A stretch of DNA of 64,000 nt from Alphaproteobacteria bacterium UBA830 (GCA_905181725.1 CAJIYX010000005.1:13655-77654); one strand, 5' to 3'. Shown: positions 17,625-26,607, counted from the stretch's first letter. Numbers and translations are program-made. Notes: generated by a model from the sequence alone, not told the origin.

Positions 17625-18854
17625 TCAGCGGACGAATTCGACCCCGAAATTGCCGAGATCGACACCGTCCTTGACCGGCATCGCCTTGCTCTTTTCCCAC
17701 AGCTCGGCGGGATCGGCGTTCTTTGCCAATTCGATCAGGCGCGGCTCGACCTCGCTCTTGTAGAGCTTCATCGATTTGAGCGCATCCTCATCCGACAGGA
17801 ATCCGGCCTGGCCCATCATTAGCAAGTGGCCGAAGCCGCCGGAATATTCCCAGAATGCCTTGATCTGCTCGAACACCTGATCCGGCGTCCCGGCAAACAC
17901 GTTGCCACGCGCCATCTGGTTCTCCAGCGTCGGGTTGGTCGGCACGCCCGATCCGGTCACGCCTTTCATCACCTGCGCGGAAACCGCCGGCGGGTGATAG
18001 CCGGGCGGGTTGCTCCATTCCGGCGGAACCTTGTTGGCTTCCATGTACCACAGCAGTTTGCGCGCGCCTTCTTCGGCCTCCCGTTCGTTCTCGCCGATAT
18101 AGCAAAGACCGAGATAGGCGAGCCGGTCGAGCGGCGCGTGCTCGCCATGGGCATCGAGATAGCTCTGACGGTAGCCATCGAATACGCTGCGGATCCTGGG
18201 ATAGCCTGCCAGGAACACGGCGCCGACATGCTTGTGCTGCGCCACCGGCACGGCCGATCCGGCGCTGCCCATCGTAATCCACACCGGCGGGTGCGGCTGC
18301 TGATAAGGGCGCGGCCAGATATTGACCTGGCGGTGATGGTAATACTTGCCTTCGAAATTGAACGGCCCGTCATGGGTGGTCCATGCCTTCATGATCAGGT
18401 CATGGGCTTCCCACATCCGCTCGGACCCCTTGTAGGGCAGAATATTCGCCGCCGCTGCTTCATAGGGCACGCTGCGGACGAAGCCGCATTCGACGCGCCC
18501 CTTTGAGATCACATCGACCAGTGCCATTTCCTCGGCGACACGCACCGGCTGATTGCGGTTGGGCAACGGATTGCCGAGTATCAGCAGGCGGGATTTGGAC
18601 GTCTGGCGGGCAAGAATGCCAAGCATGATCGGGGCTGCCGGGACCATGCAGGTCGCCGTCTGGTGATGCTCGTTGAGCATGATACCGAGGCCTATTTCGT
18701 CACAGGCGCACCACAGATCAAGATAGCGGTTATAAAGATCGTGGGCGACTTCCGGCTCGCAAAGCGCGTTCGGCAGATCCACGCGGATCGACCGGTAGGT
18801 GCTTTCATCGGGTAGGTGCGGATAGCAATCTTCGGTAAACCACCAGGATTTCAT
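17625..18854 (-). CDS. luciferase-like (LLM class) flavin-dependent monooxygenase, paralog 1
   Basis: ORF 17625-18902 trimmed to the ATG at 18852-18854, preceded by an AGGGAG RBS. The N-terminus MKSWWFTEDCYPHLP parallels MRTWFFTEDCYPDLP of paralog 2. Confidence 0.8.
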   Translation of the reverse strand: MKSWWFTEDCYPHLPDESTYRSIRVDLPNALCEPEVAHDLYNRYLDLWCACDEIGLGIMLNEHHQTATCMVPAAPIMLGILARQTSKSRLLILGNPLPNRNQPVRVAEEMALVDVISKGRVECGFVRSVPYEAAAANILPYKGSERMWEAHDLIMKAWTTHDGPFNFEGKYYHHRQVNIWPRPYQQPHPPVWITMGSAGSAVPVAQHKHVGAVFLAGYPRIRSVFDGYRQSYLDAHGEHAPLDRLAYLGLCYIGENEREAEEGARKLLWYMEANKVPPEWSNPPGYHPPAVSAQVMKGVTGSGVPTNPTLENQMARGNVFAGTPDQVFEQIKAFWEYSGGFGHLLMMGQAGFLSDEDALKSMKLYKSEVEPRLIELAKNADPAELWEKSKAMPVKDGVDLGNFGVEFVR

Positions 18855-18870
18855 CGCGTCGCTCCCTATA

Positions 18871-19623
18871 TTAGCCTGCGCACTTGAACACCGCGTCGAC
18901 AAACGCTTCGGGTTGTTCTACCTGCGGCGAATGTCCGGCATTTTCAATGACGGTCATGGTCGCGCCGTCGATCAGCTTGCAGTATTTTTGGCCGTAATCG
19001 ACGGTGACGATTCCGTCGCTTTCGCCCCAGATGAAATGAGTCGGCATTTTGATCCGGTGCAGCCGGTGCGGCAGCTTCGGATTGTGCATGTAGGGATCCC
19101 ACGTATAGACCCCGAGCGCGATCCGGTTGGCCGCCATCAATTGTAGCTGGTCGTCCGGCATGTCGGCGGGCTTCGGTGCCAGCGATACATCATGGAACAT
19201 CAGCTCTACCAGTTTCTCGCCGGGCAGGGCAAAGACATCTGCGATGTCGCGGTCTTCGCGTCCGCCGACCTTGACGCCGACGGGGTCGACCAGAATCATC
19301 TTGGACAGGCGCGTCGAATTCATCGTGGCCAGTTCGACCGCGGTCCAGCCGCCCATGGAAAAGCCCATCAGGATGACATCGTTCAGATCGAGCTCGTCGA
19401 GCAGATCGAGATACAGGAACACCAGGTCATCGACCCGGTTGAAATGATCGGGGATCTTGCTCCCGCCGAAACCCGGATGGGTGGGCGCGATGATCTCAAA
19501 TTTTTCGGCGAGCTTGTCGGCGAAGGGCATCGCTGCAATCGGTCCGCCGCCGCCATGCAACAGCAGCAGCGGCTGGCCGGAGCCCTTGCGAACGACGTCA
19601 ATTTCCTTTCCCTGCAGCTTCAT
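18871..19623 (-). CDS. alpha/beta hydrolase
   Basis: 250 aa with the LLLLHGGGG oxyanion region and a GFSMGG nucleophile elbow. It is the first gene of the operon. Confidence 0.8.
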   Translation of the reverse strand: MKLQGKEIDVVRKGSGQPLLLLHGGGGPIAAMPFADKLAEKFEIIAPTHPGFGGSKIPDHFNRVDDLVFLYLDLLDELDLNDVILMGFSMGGWTAVELATMNSTRLSKMILVDPVGVKVGGREDRDIADVFALPGEKLVELMFHDVSLAPKPADMPDDQLQLMAANRIALGVYTWDPYMHNPKLPHRLHRIKMPTHFIWGESDGIVTVDYGQKYCKLIDGATMTVIENAGHSPQVEQPEAFVDAVFKCAG

Positions 19624-19817
19624 TGTTTTTAGTCTTCCCTAACCGCGGTATTTGTGACGCCGGTCCGACTTACTTCGGAACCTAATTGAATTCAGAGTAT
19701 CCATGTAGCACGGTCGTGACAAGCTGCGCGGGGCGGCATTCGAGTATTCAGTTTTGCAAAGGTGATGCCCAAATTTGCAGATGTGATCCCCAAACCCGGG
19801 CATTGGTGGGGTGCCCC

Positions 19818-19856
19818 GTCATTGCGATGTGTCATCGCGATGTGTCACCGCGACGC
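19818..19856. repeat. three imperfect 13-bp tandem repeats (gtcaYYgcgaYgY)
   Basis: gtcattgcgatgt / gtcatcgcgatgt / gtcaccgcgacgc, directly 3' of the CoA-ligase stop codon. Confidence 0.6.
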
Positions 19857-19857
19857 G

Positions 19858-21384
19858 TCAGGGCAGAATGCGGCCGTCCAGATAGGCATCCCTTAGGATC
19901 GGTTTCTGTACCTTGCCCGACGGTGTTTTGGGGATGTGGGCGACGAACACCATCTCGCGCGGACGTTTGTAGCGGGCGAGTTGTTCGGTGCAGAACGCCG
20001 GCAATGTCTCCGCGTCGGCGGACTGGCCGTCGCGTAGTACGATATAGGCGATCAGCGCCTCGCCCCAGCGGTCATCCGGCACGCCGAAGGCGGTGCATTC
20101 CAGCACCGCCGGGTGTTCTTCCAGCGTGATCTCGATCTCGCGCGGATAGACGTTGATGCCGCCCGAGACGATCATTTCCTTCGAGCGGCCGACCAGCGTG
20201 ATAAAGCCGTCCTCATCGGCAACGGCAAGATCACCAGACCAGCCCCAGCCGTCGCGGAAATACGCGGTGGTTTCGGCCTCGTTTTCGAAATACCCCTCCA
20301 TCATGAAGGGCCCCCGGCTGATCAGCTCGCCGATGGTGCCGGGCGGGACCGGATTGCCGTTATCGTCGGCGATGCGCAGATCTACGCCGGTTGCCGCACG
20401 GCCGATGGAGCCGCGATGCGCTTCGGCCTCCCATGGCCGCAGGATTGTCAGTACGCCGGTTTCGGACTGGCCGTAATGATCGGTGTAATCGCAGTTCGGC
20501 AGGGCTGCGCGGCATTCGCCGATCAGCCCTTCGGGCGTCAACGCGCCGCCCGCGCCGATATTTCTGAGGCTTTTCAGACGGTCCGCATCAAACACGGGCG
20601 AGCGGATCAGGTCACGCGCCTGTACCGGCACCATAAACACCGACGAAATCGCGTGGCGTTCGGCCTGGTCGATAAAATCCGCCGCGTCCCATTTCCGGAA
20701 GATCACGGCGGTGCAGCCCGCCAACATGGTTGCCTGGTACCAGATCATCAGGCCGACGGCGTGAAACATCGGTGTCAGGATGCCGGCGACGTCCTCACCG
20801 GTGACCCGGTGTTCGAGCGCCGTCGTCCAGGCGGACACGAACCGTGCGTTATGGCTAACCACCGCACCCTTGGGCGCACCCGTTGTCCCGCCGGTAAAGG
20901 TCATCGCAACGGGATCGGCCGGGTCGATCTCGATCTTCGGGTCGGTGCCCGGAAAAGCGCTTATGGCGTCATCGAAGTCGCCGCCGGACTCGTCCTCGCT
21001 CACCACGATCACGTGTTCGACCGAGGTCAGCCGGTCGCGGACCGCGTTTATCTTGTCGGCAATGGCGGCGTCGATCACAAGCACCCGGGGGCGGGTGCGC
21101 TCAACAATGCGGGCGATTTCCGGCGCGGCATACATCGGCGAGATATGCACCAGTACGCTGCCCGCCCGCGCATTACCAAAATGGGTGATGCAGTATTCCG
21201 GCGAATTGAACAGCACGGTGGCTATGCGGTCGCCCTTCGAGACGCCGGAATCGAGCAGCAGATGCGCGAAGCGGTTTGCCGCCGCGTCGTACTCTGCGAA
21301 ATCTATCCGTCTGTCTCCGGCGATCATGGCGGCTTTGCGCGGGTCGCGCTGTGCTGCCAGCCGAAGAATGTCTCCCAATCTCAC
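19858..21384 (-). CDS. AMP-dependent acyl-CoA synthetase/ligase
   Basis: 508 aa with the AMP-binding motif TFTGGTTGAPKGAV, plus YGQSE and the C-terminal PKTPSGKVQK. The start is GTG. Confidence 0.9.
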   Translation of the reverse strand: MRLGDILRLAAQRDPRKAAMIAGDRRIDFAEYDAAANRFAHLLLDSGVSKGDRIATVLFNSPEYCITHFGNARAGSVLVHISPMYAAPEIARIVERTRPRVLVIDAAIADKINAVRDRLTSVEHVIVVSEDESGGDFDDAISAFPGTDPKIEIDPADPVAMTFTGGTTGAPKGAVVSHNARFVSAWTTALEHRVTGEDVAGILTPMFHAVGLMIWYQATMLAGCTAVIFRKWDAADFIDQAERHAISSVFMVPVQARDLIRSPVFDADRLKSLRNIGAGGALTPEGLIGECRAALPNCDYTDHYGQSETGVLTILRPWEAEAHRGSIGRAATGVDLRIADDNGNPVPPGTIGELISRGPFMMEGYFENEAETTAYFRDGWGWSGDLAVADEDGFITLVGRSKEMIVSGGINVYPREIEITLEEHPAVLECTAFGVPDDRWGEALIAYIVLRDGQSADAETLPAFCTEQLARYKRPREMVFVAHIPKTPSGKVQKPILRDAYLDGRILP

Positions 21385-21400
21385 GGAATTATGTGTCCCG

Positions 21401-21424
21401 ATATTGTTGATTATTCAACAATAT
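21401..21424. promoter_or_regulatory. 24-bp perfect palindrome, candidate operator (ATATTGTTGA-TTAT-TCAACAATAT)
   Basis: Perfect 10-4-10 inverted repeat, AT-rich in a GC-rich genome. It lies in the divergent intergenic region between the CoA ligase (start 21384) and the dienelactone hydrolase (start 21517). Confidence 0.55.
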
Positions 21425-21516
21425 GCCGGTCCTGCGCGGGCGCGTCCATATAGCTGTTGGACGGCGCATCGCCGGCCCTCTAAATTTACTGTCAGAACAA
21501 CAAGGAGAAATCTGAC

Positions 21517-22224
21517 ATGGCGTCAAATGCCCGCTGGGAATCGCTGACCGTCGATGGCAGCAATATGGATGTGTTTATCAATGCGCCTGCCGGTGCCGGC
21601 CCGCATCCGACAATCGTCGTTGCCCATCATCGTGCCGGCAACGATGCGGCAACCACGAAATTCGTCCAGGACCTGGCCGGGCACGGCTATGTCGCCGCGA
21701 CGCCGCATCTGCATCACCGCCGCCCCGAAGGCGAGCACACGCGGGAATCGATTGCCAATCTGGACGATAACCAGATTGTCGCCGATCTGAACGCGACCGT
21801 CGCGCATCTGCAGGGAATGGACGCGGTGAACAATGACCGTATGGCGATTGCCGGCCACTGCATGGGCGGGCGGGTGTCGTTCCTCGGTGCCGCCTCGATT
21901 CCGGCGTTCAAATGCAATGTCGCCTATTACAGCGGCAACATGTTCAAGGTCATGGGCAGCGGTGATGTCCCGCCGTTTGAGAAGCTCGGCAACCTGCGCG
22001 GCCCTGTGGCCGGGTTCTTCGGGGCGGATGACGAGAACCCGTCACCGGACGACGTTGCGAAGATCGACGCGAAGCTGACCGAGCTCGGCATCGCGCACGA
22101 ATTTCATTCCTATGAAGGCGCCGGTCACGCGTTCCAGAATTTCCACAATCCGCAGGGCTATCGCGCCGCGGCGACGGCGGATTCGTTCGCGAAGATGATC
22201 GCGTGGCTGGGGAAGACTCTGTAA
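21517..22224 (+). CDS. dienelactone hydrolase family protein
   Basis: 235 aa with the GHCMGG Cys-nucleophile motif typical of DLH and an AAGGAG RBS. Confidence 0.85.
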   Translation: MASNARWESLTVDGSNMDVFINAPAGAGPHPTIVVAHHRAGNDAATTKFVQDLAGHGYVAATPHLHHRRPEGEHTRESIANLDDNQIVADLNATVAHLQGMDAVNNDRMAIAGHCMGGRVSFLGAASIPAFKCNVAYYSGNMFKVMGSGDVPPFEKLGNLRGPVAGFFGADDENPSPDDVAKIDAKLTELGIAHEFHSYEGAGHAFQNFHNPQGYRAAATADSFAKMIAWLGKTL

Positions 22225-22245
22225 ACGGTTGTCGCGCCCCTGAGT

Positions 22246-22321
22246 GTCATTCCCGCGGAGGCGGGAATCCCTGTGCGACTGATGTCTCTGGGACGGAGAT
22301 CTCCGCCTTCGCGGGGATGAC
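22246..22321. repeat. REP-like composite: two inverted gtcatYcccgcgRaggcgg units
   Basis: gtcattcccgcggaggcgggaatcc ... ggagatctccgccttcgcggggatgac. Each unit is itself a short hairpin. It belongs to the same family as 35987-36006. Confidence 0.6.
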
Positions 22322-22336
22322 GACAGAGCAGGGCCC

Positions 22337-23296
22337 TTAACCCGCGCTGCAGGCCCCGCCGCCGAGCACGCAGAACTTGGCGCAGTGGGGGTGGTTCAGC
22401 GGCACGTCGGCGGCGGCGTCGGCCAATGTCCCGCCCATCTCGAAGCGTTCGTCATAGGGCAGCAATGTACACGGCATCACGACCGGCTTATCGGCGCCGC
22501 GGCGTTTGACCACCATGCGCGACGTTGCGCACATCATGGCTTCGGGCGAGACGTCCAGGATATTCCAGCAGGCGGTGGTGATTTCCGGCACGTCGGCCAT
22601 CTCGTCCATCTCGGGGAACAGCACAAGGTCGACCGGGTCGTTGGAATCGATCGTCAGCCCGATATCGGTGAACATCGCGCCGTAACCCGTGCGGAGTTCT
22701 TCCTGGGTCTCGTTCCAGAACGTGCGGCCCGCGATGTTTATGTTAAAGCCGTTTTCCGACAGCCATTTCAGACCGTCGATGGCCGGCTGCCACGACCGGG
22801 GGCCGCGTTCCTTTTCGTGATGGGCAAGGTCGTAATGATCGACCGAGACGCGCAGTACGAGCTGGGCGCCGTATTTTTCGCGCAAGGCCAGCAGTCCGTC
22901 CTGCACCTTGGCCATCGGGCGCATCGCGTTGGTCAGCACCAGCGCGCGAAATCCGCGTGACAGCGTGAGGTCGAGGATATCGATCATGTCCGGGTTCATG
23001 AACGGCTCGCCGCCGGTATAGCCGATTTCCTCGGTAAACAGCGCATTCGCCGCGATTTCATCCAGATAGGCACCCACCTCGCCGGTGGTGATATAGACCA
23101 GCCGGTCATTGGTCGGGCTGGATTCGATATAGCAGTTCACGCAGGTCAGATTGCACAGCGTGCCCGTGTTAATCCAAAGCGTTCTGAGGGCCTTCAGCGA
23201 TACGGACGCCCGTGCCGCGCCATCGGCTGTGACGCTCGGGTCGCGGAATTTCGATGTGTCGATGGGTGTGACCGTGCTTGGCGCGGCAATATCCAT
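22337..23296 (-). CDS. radical SAM protein with Cys-rich C-terminus
   Basis: 319 aa with a CNLTCVNCY (CxxxCxxC) cluster motif and the C-terminal HPHCAKFCVLGGGACSAG. It resembles the radical SAM/Cys-rich (DUF3641, ArsS-related) family by eye. Confidence 0.75.
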   Translation of the reverse strand: MDIAAPSTVTPIDTSKFRDPSVTADGAARASVSLKALRTLWINTGTLCNLTCVNCYIESSPTNDRLVYITTGEVGAYLDEIAANALFTEEIGYTGGEPFMNPDMIDILDLTLSRGFRALVLTNAMRPMAKVQDGLLALREKYGAQLVLRVSVDHYDLAHHEKERGPRSWQPAIDGLKWLSENGFNINIAGRTFWNETQEELRTGYGAMFTDIGLTIDSNDPVDLVLFPEMDEMADVPEITTACWNILDVSPEAMMCATSRMVVKRRGADKPVVMPCTLLPYDERFEMGGTLADAAADVPLNHPHCAKFCVLGGGACSAG

Positions 23297-23497
23297 AAGT
23301 ACTTCCTGGTTCGGCAGCCGGACTTGAATGTTCTACCTAACATATAGGGCGAGATGCGCACCAATCTGATAAACTTTTCGTCGGTGCACACAGGTGTTGT
23401 GGCCCCACCGCGAAGGCGCGTTACTTGACACATCGCTCACGCCTGCACACGTCAGGTACAGGGCAGGGGACGGCTCATAAATTTTAAGGAAATCGAG

Positions 23498-24158
23498 ATG
23501 GCATCACGATTAGGCGATATCGCTCCCGATTTCGAAGCTCAGACCACCCAGGGACCGATCAAGTTCCACGGCTGGATCGGCGACAGCTGGGCGATCATAT
23601 TCTCTCACCCCCAAGGATTTTACACCCGTCTGCACCACCGAGCTCGGCTAAATGGCGAAACTTCAGCCCGAGTTCGAAAAGCGGAACGTCAAGATTATCG
23701 GCCTGTCCGCCGACGGCGTCGAAAACCACGATGCCTGGGCAAAGAACATCGAGGAAACGCAGGGCACCGCGCCGAAAAAACCGATCATCGGCGATACCGA
23801 TCTCAAGGTCGCAAAGCTCTATGACATGCTGCCGGCCGGTGCCAGCGGGGATCCCGCCAGCCGGACCCCGGCGGATAACCAGACCATCCGCACCGTGTTC
23901 GTCATCGGGCCGGATAAAAAGGTAAAACTCTCTATCACCTATCCGATGACCACGGGCCGTAATTTTGACGAGATCCTGCGGGTCGTCGATTCCATGCAGC
24001 TGACGGCGCGCCAGCCAGTAGCGACCCCGGTGAACTGGAAGCCGGGCGATGACGTGATCATCGTCGCCTTGGTGTCGAACGAAGACGCGGCGGAAAAGTT
24101 CCCCAAGGGTTTTACCGAGCACAAACCCTATCTGCGGACGACTTCCGACTCGAGCTGA
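23498..24158 (+). pseudogene. 1-Cys peroxiredoxin (Prx6-type), disrupted (frameshift plus in-frame TAA)
   Basis: MASRLGDIAPDFEAQTTQGPIKFHGWIGDSWAIIFSHP is followed by a 5-C run (23608-23612). After this the conserved KDFTPVCTTELG is encoded one frame over. It runs into TAA (23649-23651), immediately followed by MAKLQPEFEKRNVKIIGLS... (ORF 23652-24158). Confidence 0.8.
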
Positions 24159-24183
24159 GCGGCGGGGTCGCGCAACCAAATAA

Positions 24184-24213
24184 AAGGGCGGTCCTGCGGG
24201 GCCGCCCTTTGTT
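24184..24213 (+). terminator. rho-independent-type hairpin after the peroxiredoxin gene
   Basis: aagggcggtcc-tgcg-gggccgcccttt followed by gtt. The stem is GC-rich and imperfect. Confidence 0.5.
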
Positions 24214-24316
24214 GGTGAGCATGCGCGACACACCGACTTAATATTTGAATGCAAATAAGAAAACGGCGGTCAGGATACGCTGGATTACAGTTTCTATTAG
24301 CCGTCCTGAATTGGCT

Positions 24317-25035
24317 TCAGGCGACGCGTTTGCGTCTTGCCAATCCGAGACCGAGGAGGCCGAGCCCGAGAATCCCCAGCGTGGCTGGTTCAGGAACTTC
24401 GGTGGTGGCGATGAAGTCGATCAAAGCCAGCTGAAGGTCCGCCTACGTGTTCGTCGTCACCAGCGCAATGTTGATGTAATCAATCGCAGTGAAGTCCACC
24501 GGACCACCGACAAACGGTGCGTATGCGAAAAAAGAGGCACAAACGAAGCCAGCCCTGGCGTCGGAATCACCAGGCTCGACGTATTCACACCATCGGAAAC
24601 TGTCAAAGCTATATTGGTCGAGAAATCTCCGGCAACTACAAGGAGGCTGAAGGCATTGAGGGAGCCGTCTTCTGTCACATCCACGCCCCCGAGACCGCCG
24701 CCCCCGATACCATTATATGAGATGTTTGAAACGGAGAACGCGTCGGTGTTGCCCAGGGTCAACAGGCCCGATGTACCGACACTGATGCTGACGCTTGAGG
24801 GTGTGGTGCCCGGACCGAGCTGCTCAACGGATATAGTGCGATCCGTAACGAGAATGTTCACTATATCGGACACGGTCGAAGAGGCAGCGCCACTGCCGCT
24901 GCCATCGACAACGAGCTGGTTGGTGGTGAAGTTGTCGATTGTGAGTGCCTGTGCAGAGCCGACCGACAGGGTCGTTACCGCAAGTGCCGTGAGCATCTTT
25001 TTAAATATCGATTCCTTCCCGCGCGCTAAGCTCAT
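24317..25035 (-). pseudogene. PEP-CTERM sorting-domain secreted protein, disrupted (frameshift plus in-frame TAG)
   Basis: Signal peptide MSLARGKESIFKKMLTALAVTTLSVGSAQA, then a Ser/Thr/Gly-rich body (ORF 24457-25104). After a 6-nt homopolymer (24528-24533) the neighbouring frame reads AYAPFVGGPVDFTAIDYINIALVTTNT-TAG(24443-45)-ADLQLALIDFIATTEVPEPATLGILGLGLLGLGLARRKRVA*. Confidence 0.7.
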
Positions 25036-25229
25036 ATATTTCGCACTCAACCTGGTTTTCTGACCTAAACTGCACGCAATAGTCGTGCCAGATTCTGGAA
25101 ACACTATTTATCAAAAGGTTAGGTTAACGTCCAACTATGTGGGCCACCCTGGTTGTAAAATATACCGACGGTTTATCCGCGGTTTTGCTCAAGCAGGGGC
25201 CGAGCGGTGGCCAGGCGGTGGCTTCTGGC

Positions 25230-25475
25230 TGGAAGCGGACATCAACGAACACCGCATCTCGGCTTTATGATCAGCACTGGGGGAGACAGTGCCGCTCTTC
25301 GGTTTATCCCGAACGGATGATCCGGATGCTGCTGGTCGGTTACTGCTCGTCGACGCGTTCCGACCGTCGGCTGTGTCAGCAGGTTGAGCTTGGTCTGGCT
25401 TACAGGTGGTTCTGTCGGCTTGGGCCTGAGGATACGGTTCAGGTATCTGTGTTCGTCAAACCGCAGTTGCGCTAA
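25230..25475 (+). mobile_element. IS5/IS1182-type transposase N-terminal (DUF772-like) fragment, degenerate
   Basis: Part of ORF 25137-25475 reads GRQCRSSVYPERMIRMLLVGYCSSTRSDRRLCQQVELGLAYRWFCRLGPEDTV. This resembles the conserved GRPxxxPxxMxxxLLxGYxxxxRSERxLxxxVxxNLAYRWFCxL region of these transposases. There is no DDE domain and I saw no inverted repeats. Confidence 0.5.
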
Positions 25476-25532
25476 TCTGAAAAACACACACCTGACAATA
25501 AATACGTCTATAATCAAACACCGGGGCCGATC

Positions 25533-26528
25533 ATGTACATCGATATCTATACCCATATTTTCCCGGCCGATTTTTACAAACGCATGAGCGAGATTGCACC
25601 GAAGCTCGGCAATATCGGCAAGCGCATGCAGATGGTGTCCGAGGTTCACGACCTCGATGCCCGGTTCCGCGCGATGGACCCATTCGGCGATTACCGCCAG
25701 ATCATTTCGCTGCCCAACCCGCCGCTCGAAGACATTACCACGCCGGCGCAGGGGATCGAGCTTGCGCGCATCGGCAACGACACCATGGCCGAGATGGTGG
25801 ACAAGCATGCCGACCGGTTCCCGGGGTTTGTTGCCGCCCTTGCCATGCATTCGATGGATGAGACCATGGACGAGCTACACCGCGCGGTGCGCGATCTTGG
25901 TGCGGTCGGCGTGCAGATTTTCACCAATGTCGGCGGCCGCCCGCTCGATCATCCGGATTTTGAACCCGTGTTTGCCGCGATGGCCGAATACGACCTGCCG
26001 ATCTGGATGCACCCGGCGCGCACGTCGGACATGACCGATTACGCGGCGGAGGAAAAATCCCGGTACGAGATCTGGTGGGCGCTGGGCTGGCCGTATGAAA
26101 CATCGGTCGCCATGGTGCGCCTGGTGTTGTGGGGATTGTTCGACCGGTATCCGAAGATCAAGATACTCACGCACCATCTGGGCGGCATGATCCCCTATTT
26201 CGAAGAACGCGTCGGCGCAGGCTTGGCTGTTCTGGGCGCGCGCACATCGGACGAGGATTATTCCGATGTGTTGCCGTCACTGAAGCGTCCGCATGGCGAA
26301 TATTTCAAGATGTTCTACGGCGACACCGCCATGTTCGGCTCGTCGTCGGCCTTCCCGACCGGGATGGACTATTTCGGCCCCGATCACGTGGTGTTTTCAA
26401 CCGACGCGCCGTTTGCTCCGGTGGTCGAGACGTTTGAATCACTCAAACGGCTGGAACTGGAAGCCGATGTGCAGAAAAAGCTGTATCAGGGCAATGCCGA
26501 AAAGCTGATGAACCGGTCGTTCGACTGA
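25533..26528 (+). CDS. amidohydrolase-2 family protein (ACMSD / aromatic-acid decarboxylase-like)
   Basis: 331 aa with N-terminal IDIYTHIFP metal-binding start and THHLGG. Typical of the amidohydrolase_2 family. Confidence 0.8.
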   Translation: MYIDIYTHIFPADFYKRMSEIAPKLGNIGKRMQMVSEVHDLDARFRAMDPFGDYRQIISLPNPPLEDITTPAQGIELARIGNDTMAEMVDKHADRFPGFVAALAMHSMDETMDELHRAVRDLGAVGVQIFTNVGGRPLDHPDFEPVFAAMAEYDLPIWMHPARTSDMTDYAAEEKSRYEIWWALGWPYETSVAMVRLVLWGLFDRYPKIKILTHHLGGMIPYFEERVGAGLAVLGARTSDEDYSDVLPSLKRPHGEYFKMFYGDTAMFGSSSAFPTGMDYFGPDHVVFSTDAPFAPVVETFESLKRLELEADVQKKLYQGNAEKLMNRSFD

Positions 26529-26607
26529 ATAAATCAGCGCCTGATTCATCTTGGCGGCGACAGGCCGAACGCGGTAAACTAAGGCACATTTTTCAGGAGA
26601 TACGGAC

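Noticed and set aside
19818-19856. Short tandem repeats here and at 62890-62925, considered as a possible CRISPR array.
   Set aside because: The units are 13 and 18 bp, directly abutting with no spacers, and present in only 2-3 copies. No cas genes are in the window.
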